Shown piece after piece: positions 29,011 through 39,200 of a stretch of DNA of 64,000 nucleotides. Below the pieces are notes generated by a model. That model was not told where the DNA came from. It ran no database searches and saw only the letters and a list, made by a program, of their open reading frames with translations. A program made the translations under genes and the position numbers. Every line of letters starts with the position of its first letter. The first letter of the stretch is position 1. Source of the DNA: a virus (lineage: Duplodnaviria > Heunggongvirae > Uroviricota > Caudoviricetes); IMG/VR virus record IMGVR_UViG_3300036769_000253; one strand, 5' to 3'.

Positions 29011-32000
29011 TTAATATTTAAAAAATATTTGTCCATTTACTCCACTTGATGGAAGTGAAGTTCCACGATTTTTAGTTGTAAGAATAACACCATAATCGCT
29101 ACGTAAATATAATAAATAATCCCAAGAATCAGATCCTACACGAGTCCTGAATCCAAGAGATCCATCTTCATATCCTTGAACATACATACCTCCAGAGGTA
29201 TTTGTATCTGTACGTGTAAGGGTTAAATTAGCTTCTCCGTCTACGCTAACAGTGATATTTCCGCTAATATCAGCGGTGCCATTAAAAGAATTACCCCATA
29301 AACGTCTCGCAGTAGCAAGTTGAGTTGCTTTAGCAGCAGTTCCTGAGATACTAATACCCCAAGTTCCAGAAGCTCCAGAACCAGTTTGAGTTACAGTATA
29401 ATTAGTATAATTATTATTATCAAGAACAAGATATTTACCTTCATTTTGATAAATAAAACCATCTATTTGAAGATAAAGAGCTTTATTTTTTTCAGCAAAA
29501 GCAATACTTGAACCATTAGATGTTTTCCAATTTGTTATTTGAGTATAGTCATTATCAGTCGTAAGGGTTCCCCATGTCCAAGATGATTCTCTACTATCAA
29601 ATCCAAGCGGATAAGAAGAAGTTGTTGCATCTCCTAATAAGCTGGCAGTAATAGTTCCTGCACTAAAATTACCACTTGAATCACGCTTTACTACTGTACT
29701 TGCAGTATTAGAGTTAGTTGCTTGAATCCATGAAGGAGCCGCTGAACCATTCCCTTGAAGCAAATATCCAGAAGTTCCTGCACTGGTACTAGTAAGACTC
29801 ACTGCAGTAGAATAATAAGCAACGCCATATTCAGTGCCACTAAAGACTGCTGCATTTAAGCTATAAGTGCAAGCAGCTGGGACACCAGCATTCCAATAAA
29901 TAGGTTTTGTAGAACTTCCATAAGAATCTGCTGTTCCAACATATAATTTACTCCATTTATAATCAGAAGATCCAAGCGAAAGGCTATCTGTTAAAGGATC
30001 TATATTTCCTGCTGAAGTAATTTGTCCATTAAAAAAACTTGTTCCATTTACATATAGGTTATAACCAGGAGTAACTCCATCTGAAAGTAATTTATTAATA
30101 TAAACACAATTCTTTTTTATCTGTAATGCTGGATTATCAGATCGTCCATTACCATCACTATCAAGAAACCATTGACTACTGCCTTCAACTCTATTCCCAG
30201 TCCAAAAAATAAATGATGTAAGAGATTGATTATTTACAAAGTTTAAAGCTTCATTACCAGCAGTTCCAAAATAAATATATGAATTATATATACTTCCAGA
30301 AGGTCTAAATTCAATAGCTCTCATATCAGCTGCATATATAGCTGTATTTGTATAATATGAGTATCCGTTAACTTGCAGAGAAGGGGTTACTGTAGTTTGA
30401 GTGTTTGAAGAAGTTGTAATCAAATATGGCGAACTTAATGAAGTTGTATTAATACCAATTTGACTACTTGTCATATAAATTGAACCTGCCGCAGATACTG
30501 TATTTGATTCATTAAAATAAGTAGCTCGATTTGCAGTTCCACTCTTTACATTTGCCCCTAATGAATAAAGACATTTTGTAATAGTGCCAGAATTTAAATA
30601 TACTGGATCAGTACTAGACCCAACTGTTGAACTACTTTCTGTTGGAACTCCAGCATTTAAATACCATAATTTAATTCCACTACCTTTAGGAGATGTATAA
30701 GAACTAATTTCATTTGTTCCAGAATAATAAGCTAATGTATTAGAAGTGCCACTACTATTTACTTTTGAATTTAAACTATATGTACAAGCTGTTGGAACTC
30801 CATTATTCCAGTAGATCGGAATTGTTGAATCACCATAAGAATCATCAGAGCCCACATATAGTTTACTCCATCCATTCCCACTTACACCAAGACTTTGAGC
30901 ATTTGCATTCGTTTCTTCAGCTTTTATAGGAACTATATTACCAGATGTAGTTATTTGAGCACCAATTCTATTGGCAGTACTATTTGCATTTGCTTCTAAA
31001 TTAATCGCAGCATCAGATAATAAATATAGTGTTTCAGCGTATGGGCTAACTAAACTTTCCATATTACTAGCACTCTCGCCTGCTCCAACTAAAACCACAC
31101 CACCACCGCCAATAGAAATTCCATTTCCATAAACATTAGAAGTGTTATCAATAAAACGAATCATACTCCAAGTTTTCTGAGAGCCTGCATAATTAATATT
31201 TATTCCAGAAGTGGTTATATTTCCGCCTAAATAACTTGATCCATTAACATAAAAATTATAAGATGGTTCTGATGTACTATTAATAGCTATCTTAGAACTA
31301 TTTATATAATGAGAAGATGCGCTTAATGCAGATGTTGAACTCGGATAATAAATTCTATTAGCTGTAAAACTAGTTAAGCCAGTACCTCCATAAGCAGTTC
31401 CAATAGTTGTAGCGTTCCAAGTTCCACCCTTAACTATTCCTAGATAAGCAAGATTAGAAGATGTGCCAGAATAAGCACCATTCCAATAAGCCAATGTATT
31501 AGCTGTAATTAAATTCGTATTAGCAGTAACTGCGCTGATCGAAGCATTATTAGTAATAGCTCTTGTTGCAATCGCACTAGTACCATTACCAATTAAAGCA
31601 TAGCCAAGAGTAAATGTAGTTGCGCCAGTGCCTCCATGACCAACTGCTAAAGTACCTGTTATACCAGGGGTTATACTAACAGAACCATCAAAAGAAGCAG
31701 CTGAGGTAGAAGAGAGATCAGTTTGGATAGTTATAGGTGTAGCCAATTTAGTAGCACTATCTGCATTACCTTCTAAAGTTGCTTTGATAGTAGATGGTAA
31801 TTTTAAAATTACCTCGGAAGCACTACCATTTACTCCAACACCAGAACCTTGATGGCCATCATCATCTTGAATATAAAATAAGCTACTTGTAGCCCATGCA
31901 CTTGCGGTTGATGCATTTCCAGATAAAACACCCGCAAAAGTAGTTGCGGTAAGTTTTCCAGTACTTGGATTAAAAGTTAAATTACTATTTTTTCTAGCGC

Positions 32001-33234
32001 CTTCAGTTCTAGTAGTATTATCTGCTGTATTAGAAAATAGCACCTCGTAATTAGCATTTGTAGAAGTCGCAGTTTGTGTAACATTTTGATCTTGAGTAGT
32101 TAAAGTAGATTTATTATTGTCTCCTTTTATAACCGTTAAAGTTTGTCCACTAAGAGATAATTCGCTGATATATTTCTCTCTGATGGGTGTAGTATCGCCA
32201 GAAGCGTATTGAGCGTATTGAGCAGTTCTTGCTAAATTAGCAACTTGTCCAATAACCCCATTAGCATTCGCATAAACAGGATTTTCTGGTAATAAATAAA
32301 CACCAGTAGTGCTATAAGCTACACCAAGCAAAATATAATATCCATCATCACCAACAGTTTGAACTAATGGTGTTGTACTAATTGGCGTAAAAGTCGTTCC
32401 ATTTAAAGTACCCTTAATATAAACTGGCTGATATGCAGTTAATGTAATACTTTGAGTTGTTGTAATTGTAAATGGAATAGTTAAATAATTGTCTGTTCCT
32501 GTGCTAGAAGCAGAAATATTTGAAATTGCATACATAATTGGATATGTAATATCAAAATCATTTCCACTGTTTAAATGAAAATAACCTCCATCTTTTCCAA
32601 CAATAATATTTTTGCCAGTGATTGCAGTACTCGCTTTAATCGCTTGTGAATATCTTAATCTATCATAAGTATTGGAATCATATTGGGCAGTTACCCACCA
32701 TCCCTCATAAGTAGTTCCATTAATACTTACTCCAGAACGATAAACCATTCTTAAAATATTTCCAACTGCATAATGAGTTCCTAACCTAGTAGTTCCTCCA
32801 TAATAAACATTCTTAGCTCCAGTTTCTTGTCCATTTGTTAAAGCTAAATTTAAAGTTGTATAAGGACTAGAGCTTTTTCCGGCAATATTTGTCCAATAAT
32901 CAATAATTAAACCATCATATAAAGCAGAAATTCCTGTTCCATCGAGAGAACCAGTCCATGTTCCTGCGGTTGCTCCTGTGCCGATTACGAAGGTATTTGA
33001 TTTCAAAGTAATAGTAGGGTTAGAAGAATTATCTAAACTAGCAGTACCTTTTTCAACACCATTAATCGTAAGTGATCTTGCGGCAGTTGTCATTTTAACT
33101 CTAGTATTACTATCTTTATCAAAGTAAATAGAGCCTTCATTATTATCATTAACGGCAAAGTAAACTTTACCGGCTTCTTTGGTACTTGGTAAATTAGATT
33201 CTAAACCTGTAGTAAATTTTACATTATTAGCCAT
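29011..33234 (-). CDS. Tail fibre / receptor-binding protein (1407 aa)
   Basis: S/T/G-rich, GGTG.T repeats, GNA.TAT.L motifs, internal GS..PIYWN.GVP repeats. Confidence 0.8.
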   Translation of the reverse strand: MANNVKFTTGLESNLPSTKEAGKVYFAVNDNNEGSIYFDKDSNTRVKMTTAARSLTINGVEKGTASLDNSSNPTITLKSNTFVIGTGATAGTWTGSLDGTGISALYDGLIIDYWTNIAGKSSSPYTTLNLALTNGQETGAKNVYYGGTTRLGTHYAVGNILRMVYRSGVSINGTTYEGWWVTAQYDSNTYDRLRYSQAIKASTAITGKNIIVGKDGGYFHLNSGNDFDITYPIMYAISNISASSTGTDNYLTIPFTITTTQSITLTAYQPVYIKGTLNGTTFTPISTTPLVQTVGDDGYYILLGVAYSTTGVYLLPENPVYANANGVIGQVANLARTAQYAQYASGDTTPIREKYISELSLSGQTLTVIKGDNNKSTLTTQDQNVTQTATSTNANYEVLFSNTADNTTRTEGARKNSNLTFNPSTGKLTATTFAGVLSGNASTASAWATSSLFYIQDDDGHQGSGVGVNGSASEVILKLPSTIKATLEGNADSATKLATPITIQTDLSSTSAASFDGSVSITPGITGTLAVGHGGTGATTFTLGYALIGNGTSAIATRAITNNASISAVTANTNLITANTLAYWNGAYSGTSSNLAYLGIVKGGTWNATTIGTAYGGTGLTSFTANRIYYPSSTSALSASSHYINSSKIAINSTSEPSYNFYVNGSSYLGGNITTSGININYAGSQKTWSMIRFIDNTSNVYGNGISIGGGGVVLVGAGESASNMESLVSPYAETLYLLSDAAINLEANANSTANRIGAQITTSGNIVPIKAEETNANAQSLGVSGNGWSKLYVGSDDSYGDSTIPIYWNNGVPTACTYSLNSKVNSSGTSNTLAYYSGTNEISSYTSPKGSGIKLWYLNAGVPTESSSTVGSSTDPVYLNSGTITKCLYSLGANVKSGTANRATYFNESNTVSAAGSIYMTSSQIGINTTSLSSPYLITTSSNTQTTVTPSLQVNGYSYYTNTAIYAADMRAIEFRPSGSIYNSYIYFGTAGNEALNFVNNQSLTSFIFWTGNRVEGSSQWFLDSDGNGRSDNPALQIKKNCVYINKLLSDGVTPGYNLYVNGTSFFNGQITSAGNIDPLTDSLSLGSSDYKWSKLYVGTADSYGSSTKPIYWNAGVPAACTYSLNAAVFSGTEYGVAYYSTAVSLTSTSAGTSGYLLQGNGSAAPSWIQATNSNTASTVVKRDSSGNFSAGTITASLLGDATTSSYPLGFDSRESSWTWGTLTTDNDYTQITNWKTSNGSSIAFAEKNKALYLQIDGFIYQNEGKYLVLDNNNYTNYTVTQTGSGASGTWGISISGTAAKATQLATARRLWGNSFNGTADISGNITVSVDGEANLTLTRTDTNTSGGMYVQGYEDGSLGFRTRVGSDSWDYLLYLRSDYGVILTTKNRGTSLPSSGVNGQIFFKY

Positions 33235-33334
33235 TACTTACTAAGCTACCTCCTTTTCACATTTTATTTTCTTTGTCTATAAGATATAAAATTTTAATAA
33301 TATTTATTTATGCCTTTTGACCAAAACAAAAAAT

Positions 33335-33366
33335 AGGGGAGAGTATAGTTTCCTATACTCTCCCCT
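33335..33366 (-). terminator. Intrinsic terminator
   Basis: Perfect 14-bp stem AGGGGAGAGTATAG with a GAAA loop on the minus strand, then a T tract. Confidence 0.9.
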
Positions 33367-33371
33367 TTATA

Positions 33372-33959
33372 TTATAACGTTATCCAATAAACGTCATCTT
33401 TAGAGATTGCATCAATTCGAGCAAAAATTTCTGCGCTTATAGAAGCTAAATGATCTTCTTGCTCATCAAATTCAGTGTCTTGGTCAATGCCATGTAATAC
33501 TTTACTTACAGAAGTAAGAGTCCCCAAGCTATATTCAAATTTTCTACCGGAACTGTTTAAACGATAAAATTCAATAGAATATTGAACGTCTCCAGAAGCC
33601 TTAGTTACGTCTCCATCAATTACCCAAGGAATAATCATTTTATTCTCATCAGATAATGTATCCACATCATAGTATGGAACCGCAAAAATTCGACCTTCAC
33701 CTTTTGCATTAATATATTTAATAATGCAAGTAGTGGTAGTTAAATCTACATGATCAAAATATCTATTTACTTTAAAGAAAATAGTTTCTGCGCGATGGTC
33801 CTTTTCAACGCTTAAAAACTCAGGCGCTGCAATCGTACGAGTATTTAAATCAATATCATAGATTGTTTCAGTGCTAGGAAGTAAAACGGCTATGCTTGGA
33901 GCATTTTCATCTTGAATTCTATAAAGTAGATCATAGTATTCTTTAGATGTTGTAATCAT
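33372..33959 (-). CDS. BppU-N-like baseplate protein
   Basis: D..AETI.F...RYFD..DL...W.I...VT...G.VQ.SI.F pattern, paralogous to the N-terminus of 33994-35925. Confidence 0.6.
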   Translation of the reverse strand: MITTSKEYYDLLYRIQDENAPSIAVLLPSTETIYDIDLNTRTIAAPEFLSVEKDHRAETIFFKVNRYFDHVDLTTTTCIIKYINAKGEGRIFAVPYYDVDTLSDENKMIIPWVIDGDVTKASGDVQYSIEFYRLNSSGRKFEYSLGTLTSVSKVLHGIDQDTEFDEQEDHLASISAEIFARIDAISKDDVYWITL

Positions 33960-33993
33960 TAGCCTATCCTCCTTTTAAAATATCAAGCTTTTA

Positions 33994-35925
33994 TTAAACG
34001 TCAGCGATACCAAAGAATGGAGAACATCTCTTGGCCTGAGTGTTATTATAAGTATTAGTTACTTCACAGAAATAATAACCTTGTGCATCTGGAATGAAGG
34101 ATTTTTCAGTTGCGCCCTCAATCTTAGAGTCACCATGGAAATAGTATTCTCCTTCATTAGACTTCTGGAGATCCTCTTCAAATACATTTCCATCAGTAAC
34201 ATATTTATACCATTGATAAGTTACAGAATCTTCATCCTGTCTCTGAATAACTTCTCCGCTTCCTTCTGGCCAGCTAGCTACAATAACGCAACCATTACTT
34301 TTCTGAACTTCGCTTAATGAGAAGTACTGTTTAGAAAGTGCAGAATTAATTTGAACATTTAACTGAGTTGCAGGATGAGTTACACGACAAACTCCGCTAT
34401 CAGTAGAATCAATTTCTTTATTCAAATTATTAGTTACAATAACTTTATAGAATCCATCACCTTCGCCACCAGTTTCTTCGCTTTCATTTGCAGAACCCTG
34501 GATGATATAAGTCGCTTCAGTTGCGCCTTCAATCTCCTCGAATTCATCTGTGCCGGGAGCTTTGTATAACCATTGATAAGTAATTTTTCCTTCATCCTCA
34601 ACGCTAGCTGATACACTTAATACTGCTTCATAATCATCTGGTGAGAGATAATCTCTTTCATTAAGATCTTTATTGATATTAACTTTTGATGGACGAGGTA
34701 CAATACAAACTTCACTTTCTGTCTCAGCTGTGCTTTGACGTACACGGTTTTTAGCTACAACAACATATTTACCAACAGAATTTAAAGTACCAGTAGAGAA
34801 TTTCTCATAAATGTCAAGTGTCGGATCTTCTGAAGGGATATCACCTGTATAAAGCTGATAAGATGGATTCACGCCATCAGAACCACTTACTAGAGTATAA
34901 TAAAGTTTTCCTTTTACCCTTGTTTCATCAGCTGAAATCTTAGACATTGTTATTTCATAAGGCATTGCACCTTCTTCAAGAATTCTATCATTGGTATCAA
35001 TATCATATTTCTTCCAAATGTAAGTTAATTGGCCTGCATCTGGTGCATAAGCTTGAACACTATAAACTTTAAGTCCATTGTCATCAAGAATAAGTCTCTT
35101 AACAAGATTCTTAATAAATTCCGGTTTTTCAGCCTGAACAGCTCCAGAAGCAAGTTGAGAATCAACAAGTCTATCATGTAATAGAGTTGTAGAATCATCA
35201 ATTTGAGTTCCATCAAGAATAATTCCTGGAATATCAAAATCTAAGCCTGGCTTAATAGTTGCTGAACAAGTCAATGTTGATAAACTATAATTAAGAGTAT
35301 CAGTATCTTTATCATAGTTATAAAAACGAACAGCGAATTGAATTGTACCTGCGGCTTTGGTAATTTTAGAAGATAAAGGCCAACCGAAAATAATGTAGCC
35401 AGGATCACTTTCAATATCCTTTACCCAAGGAACAGAAACACCTTCAATAAAATTACCATCTTCGTCCTGTGCGGCAGATTTCCACTGAATATAGATATCT
35501 TTTGTATCTAAGTCAGTAGAGTCGTAGAATCTAGCAATACGGAAATAAATGATTTCAGAAACTTCATCTCCTTGTACACTAATACCATTTTTCTTAAAAG
35601 AAGCTGGTACTGTAATACTTCTATCATTTGCGTTAATTTCAAAAACATCTTCGTCTAATGGAAGAATAGTATATCTACGACTAATGTTGTTTAATTCAAC
35701 GATATAAGAAAAGTATTCATCAAGAGAGCTAAGAGATTGCATTTTAATTTCTTGGCCATCTTCATCAAAGACTCCAGTTCCGATCGCACTATCAGGAATT
35801 ACTGCTGAAGAACTACCTTTTTCAACTTCTTTACCTGATGCATCATGCGTCTGCAAATCATTAAAAGCTTTTTCAAATATAGCAGAATACTTATCTGAAT
35901 TTGCTGCATTAACATATGTAATCAT
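33994..35925 (-). CDS. BppU-N-like domain plus Ig-like domains
   Basis: BppU-N-like N-terminus; TYQW...IEGAT...Y...G.Y.V.VTN pattern repeated. Confidence 0.65.
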   Translation of the reverse strand: MITYVNAANSDKYSAIFEKAFNDLQTHDASGKEVEKGSSSAVIPDSAIGTGVFDEDGQEIKMQSLSSLDEYFSYIVELNNISRRYTILPLDEDVFEINANDRSITVPASFKKNGISVQGDEVSEIIYFRIARFYDSTDLDTKDIYIQWKSAAQDEDGNFIEGVSVPWVKDIESDPGYIIFGWPLSSKITKAAGTIQFAVRFYNYDKDTDTLNYSLSTLTCSATIKPGLDFDIPGIILDGTQIDDSTTLLHDRLVDSQLASGAVQAEKPEFIKNLVKRLILDDNGLKVYSVQAYAPDAGQLTYIWKKYDIDTNDRILEEGAMPYEITMSKISADETRVKGKLYYTLVSGSDGVNPSYQLYTGDIPSEDPTLDIYEKFSTGTLNSVGKYVVVAKNRVRQSTAETESEVCIVPRPSKVNINKDLNERDYLSPDDYEAVLSVSASVEDEGKITYQWLYKAPGTDEFEEIEGATEATYIIQGSANESEETGGEGDGFYKVIVTNNLNKEIDSTDSGVCRVTHPATQLNVQINSALSKQYFSLSEVQKSNGCVIVASWPEGSGEVIQRQDEDSVTYQWYKYVTDGNVFEEDLQKSNEGEYYFHGDSKIEGATEKSFIPDAQGYYFCEVTNTYNNTQAKRCSPFFGIADV

Positions 35926-36022
35926 TAATATAGTCCAATCCTTTCTATAATATTTTCGAGGGTGACATTTGCCACCCTCTCATTCTTTCAAAATATTTTG
36001 AAAGTATTATTATTTATAATAA

Positions 36023-36244
36023 TCATTTTTGACCAGTAAGAGGGTCTTTAACCTCTTTCCACTGGTCAACTTCATCTTCTGGAACCATAACTGTTGCGAA
36101 GAAATTCTCTCCATCTTTTGTTAAAGTTTTTCCCACATCAGCTCTTAAAGAATATTTACGAGTGTAATAAATATCTTCAAGATGAACGGGACTAGTAATA
36201 GTCCCGTTTGTTCCAAGATATGTATAATATACAGTCTTAGTCAT
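36023..36244 (-). CDS. Small tail-associated hypothetical protein
   Basis: RBS GGAGG; 73 aa directly after the giant gene. Confidence 0.6.
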   Translation of the reverse strand: MTKTVYYTYLGTNGTITSPVHLEDIYYTRKYSLRADVGKTLTKDGENFFATVMVPEDEVDQWKEVKDPLTGQK

Positions 36245-36255
36245 CTTGTCCCTCC

Positions 36256-39200
36256 TTAAGCCATAACTACGCTAATAGTTCCTTCATACTCAACACCCTT
36301 ATTGATCAAGCTCATTAAATTATCAGAAATAGTTCCATCAGATGTATAAACTACAACGTTCTCAATTTTAGCTCCGCTATTTTGAATAAAAGCTTTAGAG
36401 TTACCACCAATAGCAGTAATTTGAGTTGGATCTCCAGGTCCTCCGAACTGAAGAGTTGCAATACCTCTCATATTATCATTGTAAGCAAAAGCATAGTTAC
36501 CAATTTCTCTTACTGTACCTGGAATTCTAAGTTTTTCAGTTTTTGTAGAAGAGTTAAATGTCATATTGAAAGCAAGTTCACCAATATAACATAAAATATT
36601 TCCAAAATCAAATAATTTTAACTGATTGCACCCTACGAATGCAGAACCAGTAATAAATCTGACTGTCCCTGGGAACTGGAAATAAACTAATTTTTTACAG
36701 CCATTAAATGCGTTACTACCTATAGATACTACCTGTGGAGTTCCATACCAATAAACATGAGTAATATCCATTGAGCCAAATCCTCCAACACTAATGATTG
36801 GTTGACCATCATATTCAGTTGGCAAAGTAATTTTACCAGATAATGAATATCCATCAGCTGGTCTTACCATGTATCCAGTCGCACTATAAGAGCTATCATA
36901 TGGATCTGTATAGGATGTTTTTGAGAACTTTAAGTATTTAAAATCTGTAGTAGAAGTAAATACTGATTCTTGAGTAAATACTGCATAAAAATCTGTATCC
37001 TGTGTTGAAAGCATATTAGTTACAGATGTTAATTTAGCTGTATCTGCGCTTGCCGCAATTACATTTGCTAAATTCTGAGTATAACCTAAGAACTTATATC
37101 TTTGATCATCAGGTAATGCACTTTCATCCAATGTAGCCAATACACTTGGAGTATAAAGAACATCTCCATGAGGAACTTGATATTCAGCAATTAATGTTAA
37201 ATTATCAGTTTTTGTACCAGATAAGAATCTAATATTCCATTTATGAATAGTAAACACTGCATAGAATGTATAATCATATACATCGTTGTCTAATGTTAAC
37301 TCATCCCAAGCAGCTTGCTGTTCTTCCGCAGTAGCATCTGCACTTGAAATTAAACCTGTTGTATCATTAGTTGTTGACCAACCATGGAAATCGTAGTTAT
37401 CTTTTACTGGATTGTACATCTTATATGGATTTGTAAAGAATTCTCCAGAAGAAACCTTCTGAACACTCTTCTCAGTTACTTTCGTATCTGCATGATCTAC
37501 ATAAGTGTAAGTTCCATCATCCTCTTGGATAATGAATTTAGCGGAGTAAGCTTTATTTACATTCTTAAAGAAGAATGTTAAACTCGGGAATGCTTTTACA
37601 AGAGTATCTTTAATAAAGAGCTCTCCTAAAGCGGTATCATTATTAACATAAATAATACCTGTCAAGTTCGGAATTGTACTTCCTTCTGCGGTTCCAGTAT
37701 ATAATCCATTATCAATAAATGTTCTTAACATCTCAACATCAGCGATTTGATTAATATCTTCTTCTGGAATTGAAGAATCAAGCTTATAAAGTTCTCCATT
37801 CAAAACTTGAGTCTGGAATGTTGCTGCATTATAAGTGTATTTATCAAATCCGTAATGACCATTATCAATATAATAAGCGTCAGAATTAGAAATATCATAA
37901 GAATCTCCTTCAACTAACTGCTTATATGGACACCAATCAACATTAGTCATTGCAATTTTACTAATAGAAGCTGTCTGTCTTCGTCGAAGCTCGAAGTATT
38001 TTGCAAGTAATTTATAACTATCGTATCCAAGATTTCCACCAAGTAAACTTAAATTATCAATTACTGTATCTCCTTGACCCTCAAACATTCCTTGTATATA
38101 TAAACCTTTTTCAGCTACTAAATTACCATTATCATCTCTCTGTGGAACTTGATAATCGGTAATTAAATTAGTTAACAAGTTTGCTTCAGTTAAGCTTAAA
38201 GTAGTAATTGAACTTGGTAAATATAATGTATGTAAAGCTACGCCCTCAGCAAATTTAATCTCTGTGAAGTTTGATCCAGTAGCACGGAAGTTCTGCATTT
38301 TTTCACAACTTGTAAAATCAAGGACTGGAGATTGACCATTTACTGAAATATTACTAAAGTTAGCTTCTTTCAATAATGGCATTCCAGAAGAGGATTTACT
38401 AGAAGGAATACTGAACTGGTTAACATTATTATTTTTCCATTTATTTCCGCTTTCATCTACTCCATCATATCCTAGTAAAAGTCTAGTTAATTTAGAAGCA
38501 TTTCCGGAAATTTCAAACTCTTGCCAATATAGGTTACTCATGTCACCTAAATCAGCCATCTGATTTAATCCGTAAATATATAACAACTGCTCTGGGTAGT
38601 TGGCGCTCTTACGAACACCTTGCTCAATAGCATCAATGTTAAATTTGACTGGATTGACACCATCATACTTCTGAGAAGGATAAGCTTCATTATCATCACT
38701 TACTGTTACATAAGAAGAACGAATTGGTGTTAAATTCAACCAATACTCAGCATCGAATAAATTAGACTTCGTTCCATCTTCTTTGTAGTATGGCTCTTTA
38801 TCTGTTTCAACCCAAATATCAGAAGTTTTATTCGAATTATTTGCGGCCACACGTCCGCGGACACGGTTCGCGCCTCCACGTTGATAGTTACCTTGATTCA
38901 ACCAAGAATCAATATATTCCAAACGATTTGTTAAGAACTGCTGTCTACTTAAAGAACGATCTCCTTGTAATGCGTAGAAGTAAGTTCCATTCGCATCGTA
39001 TGTATAATCCCCAGCCGTGCCAATATGACCTGTAACTCCATTCTGATAACTAGAACTGTTACAAATTGTAATATACTTATAATATTCATCTAAATTAACA
39101 GCAATTAAAGGTCTTTCTCCTAATTTAGCAAAACTTTGAACTTTCTTAGCATTGTTATTAGTTGTCATAACTTCTTCACTACAATAAGGATTAGTTGTAT

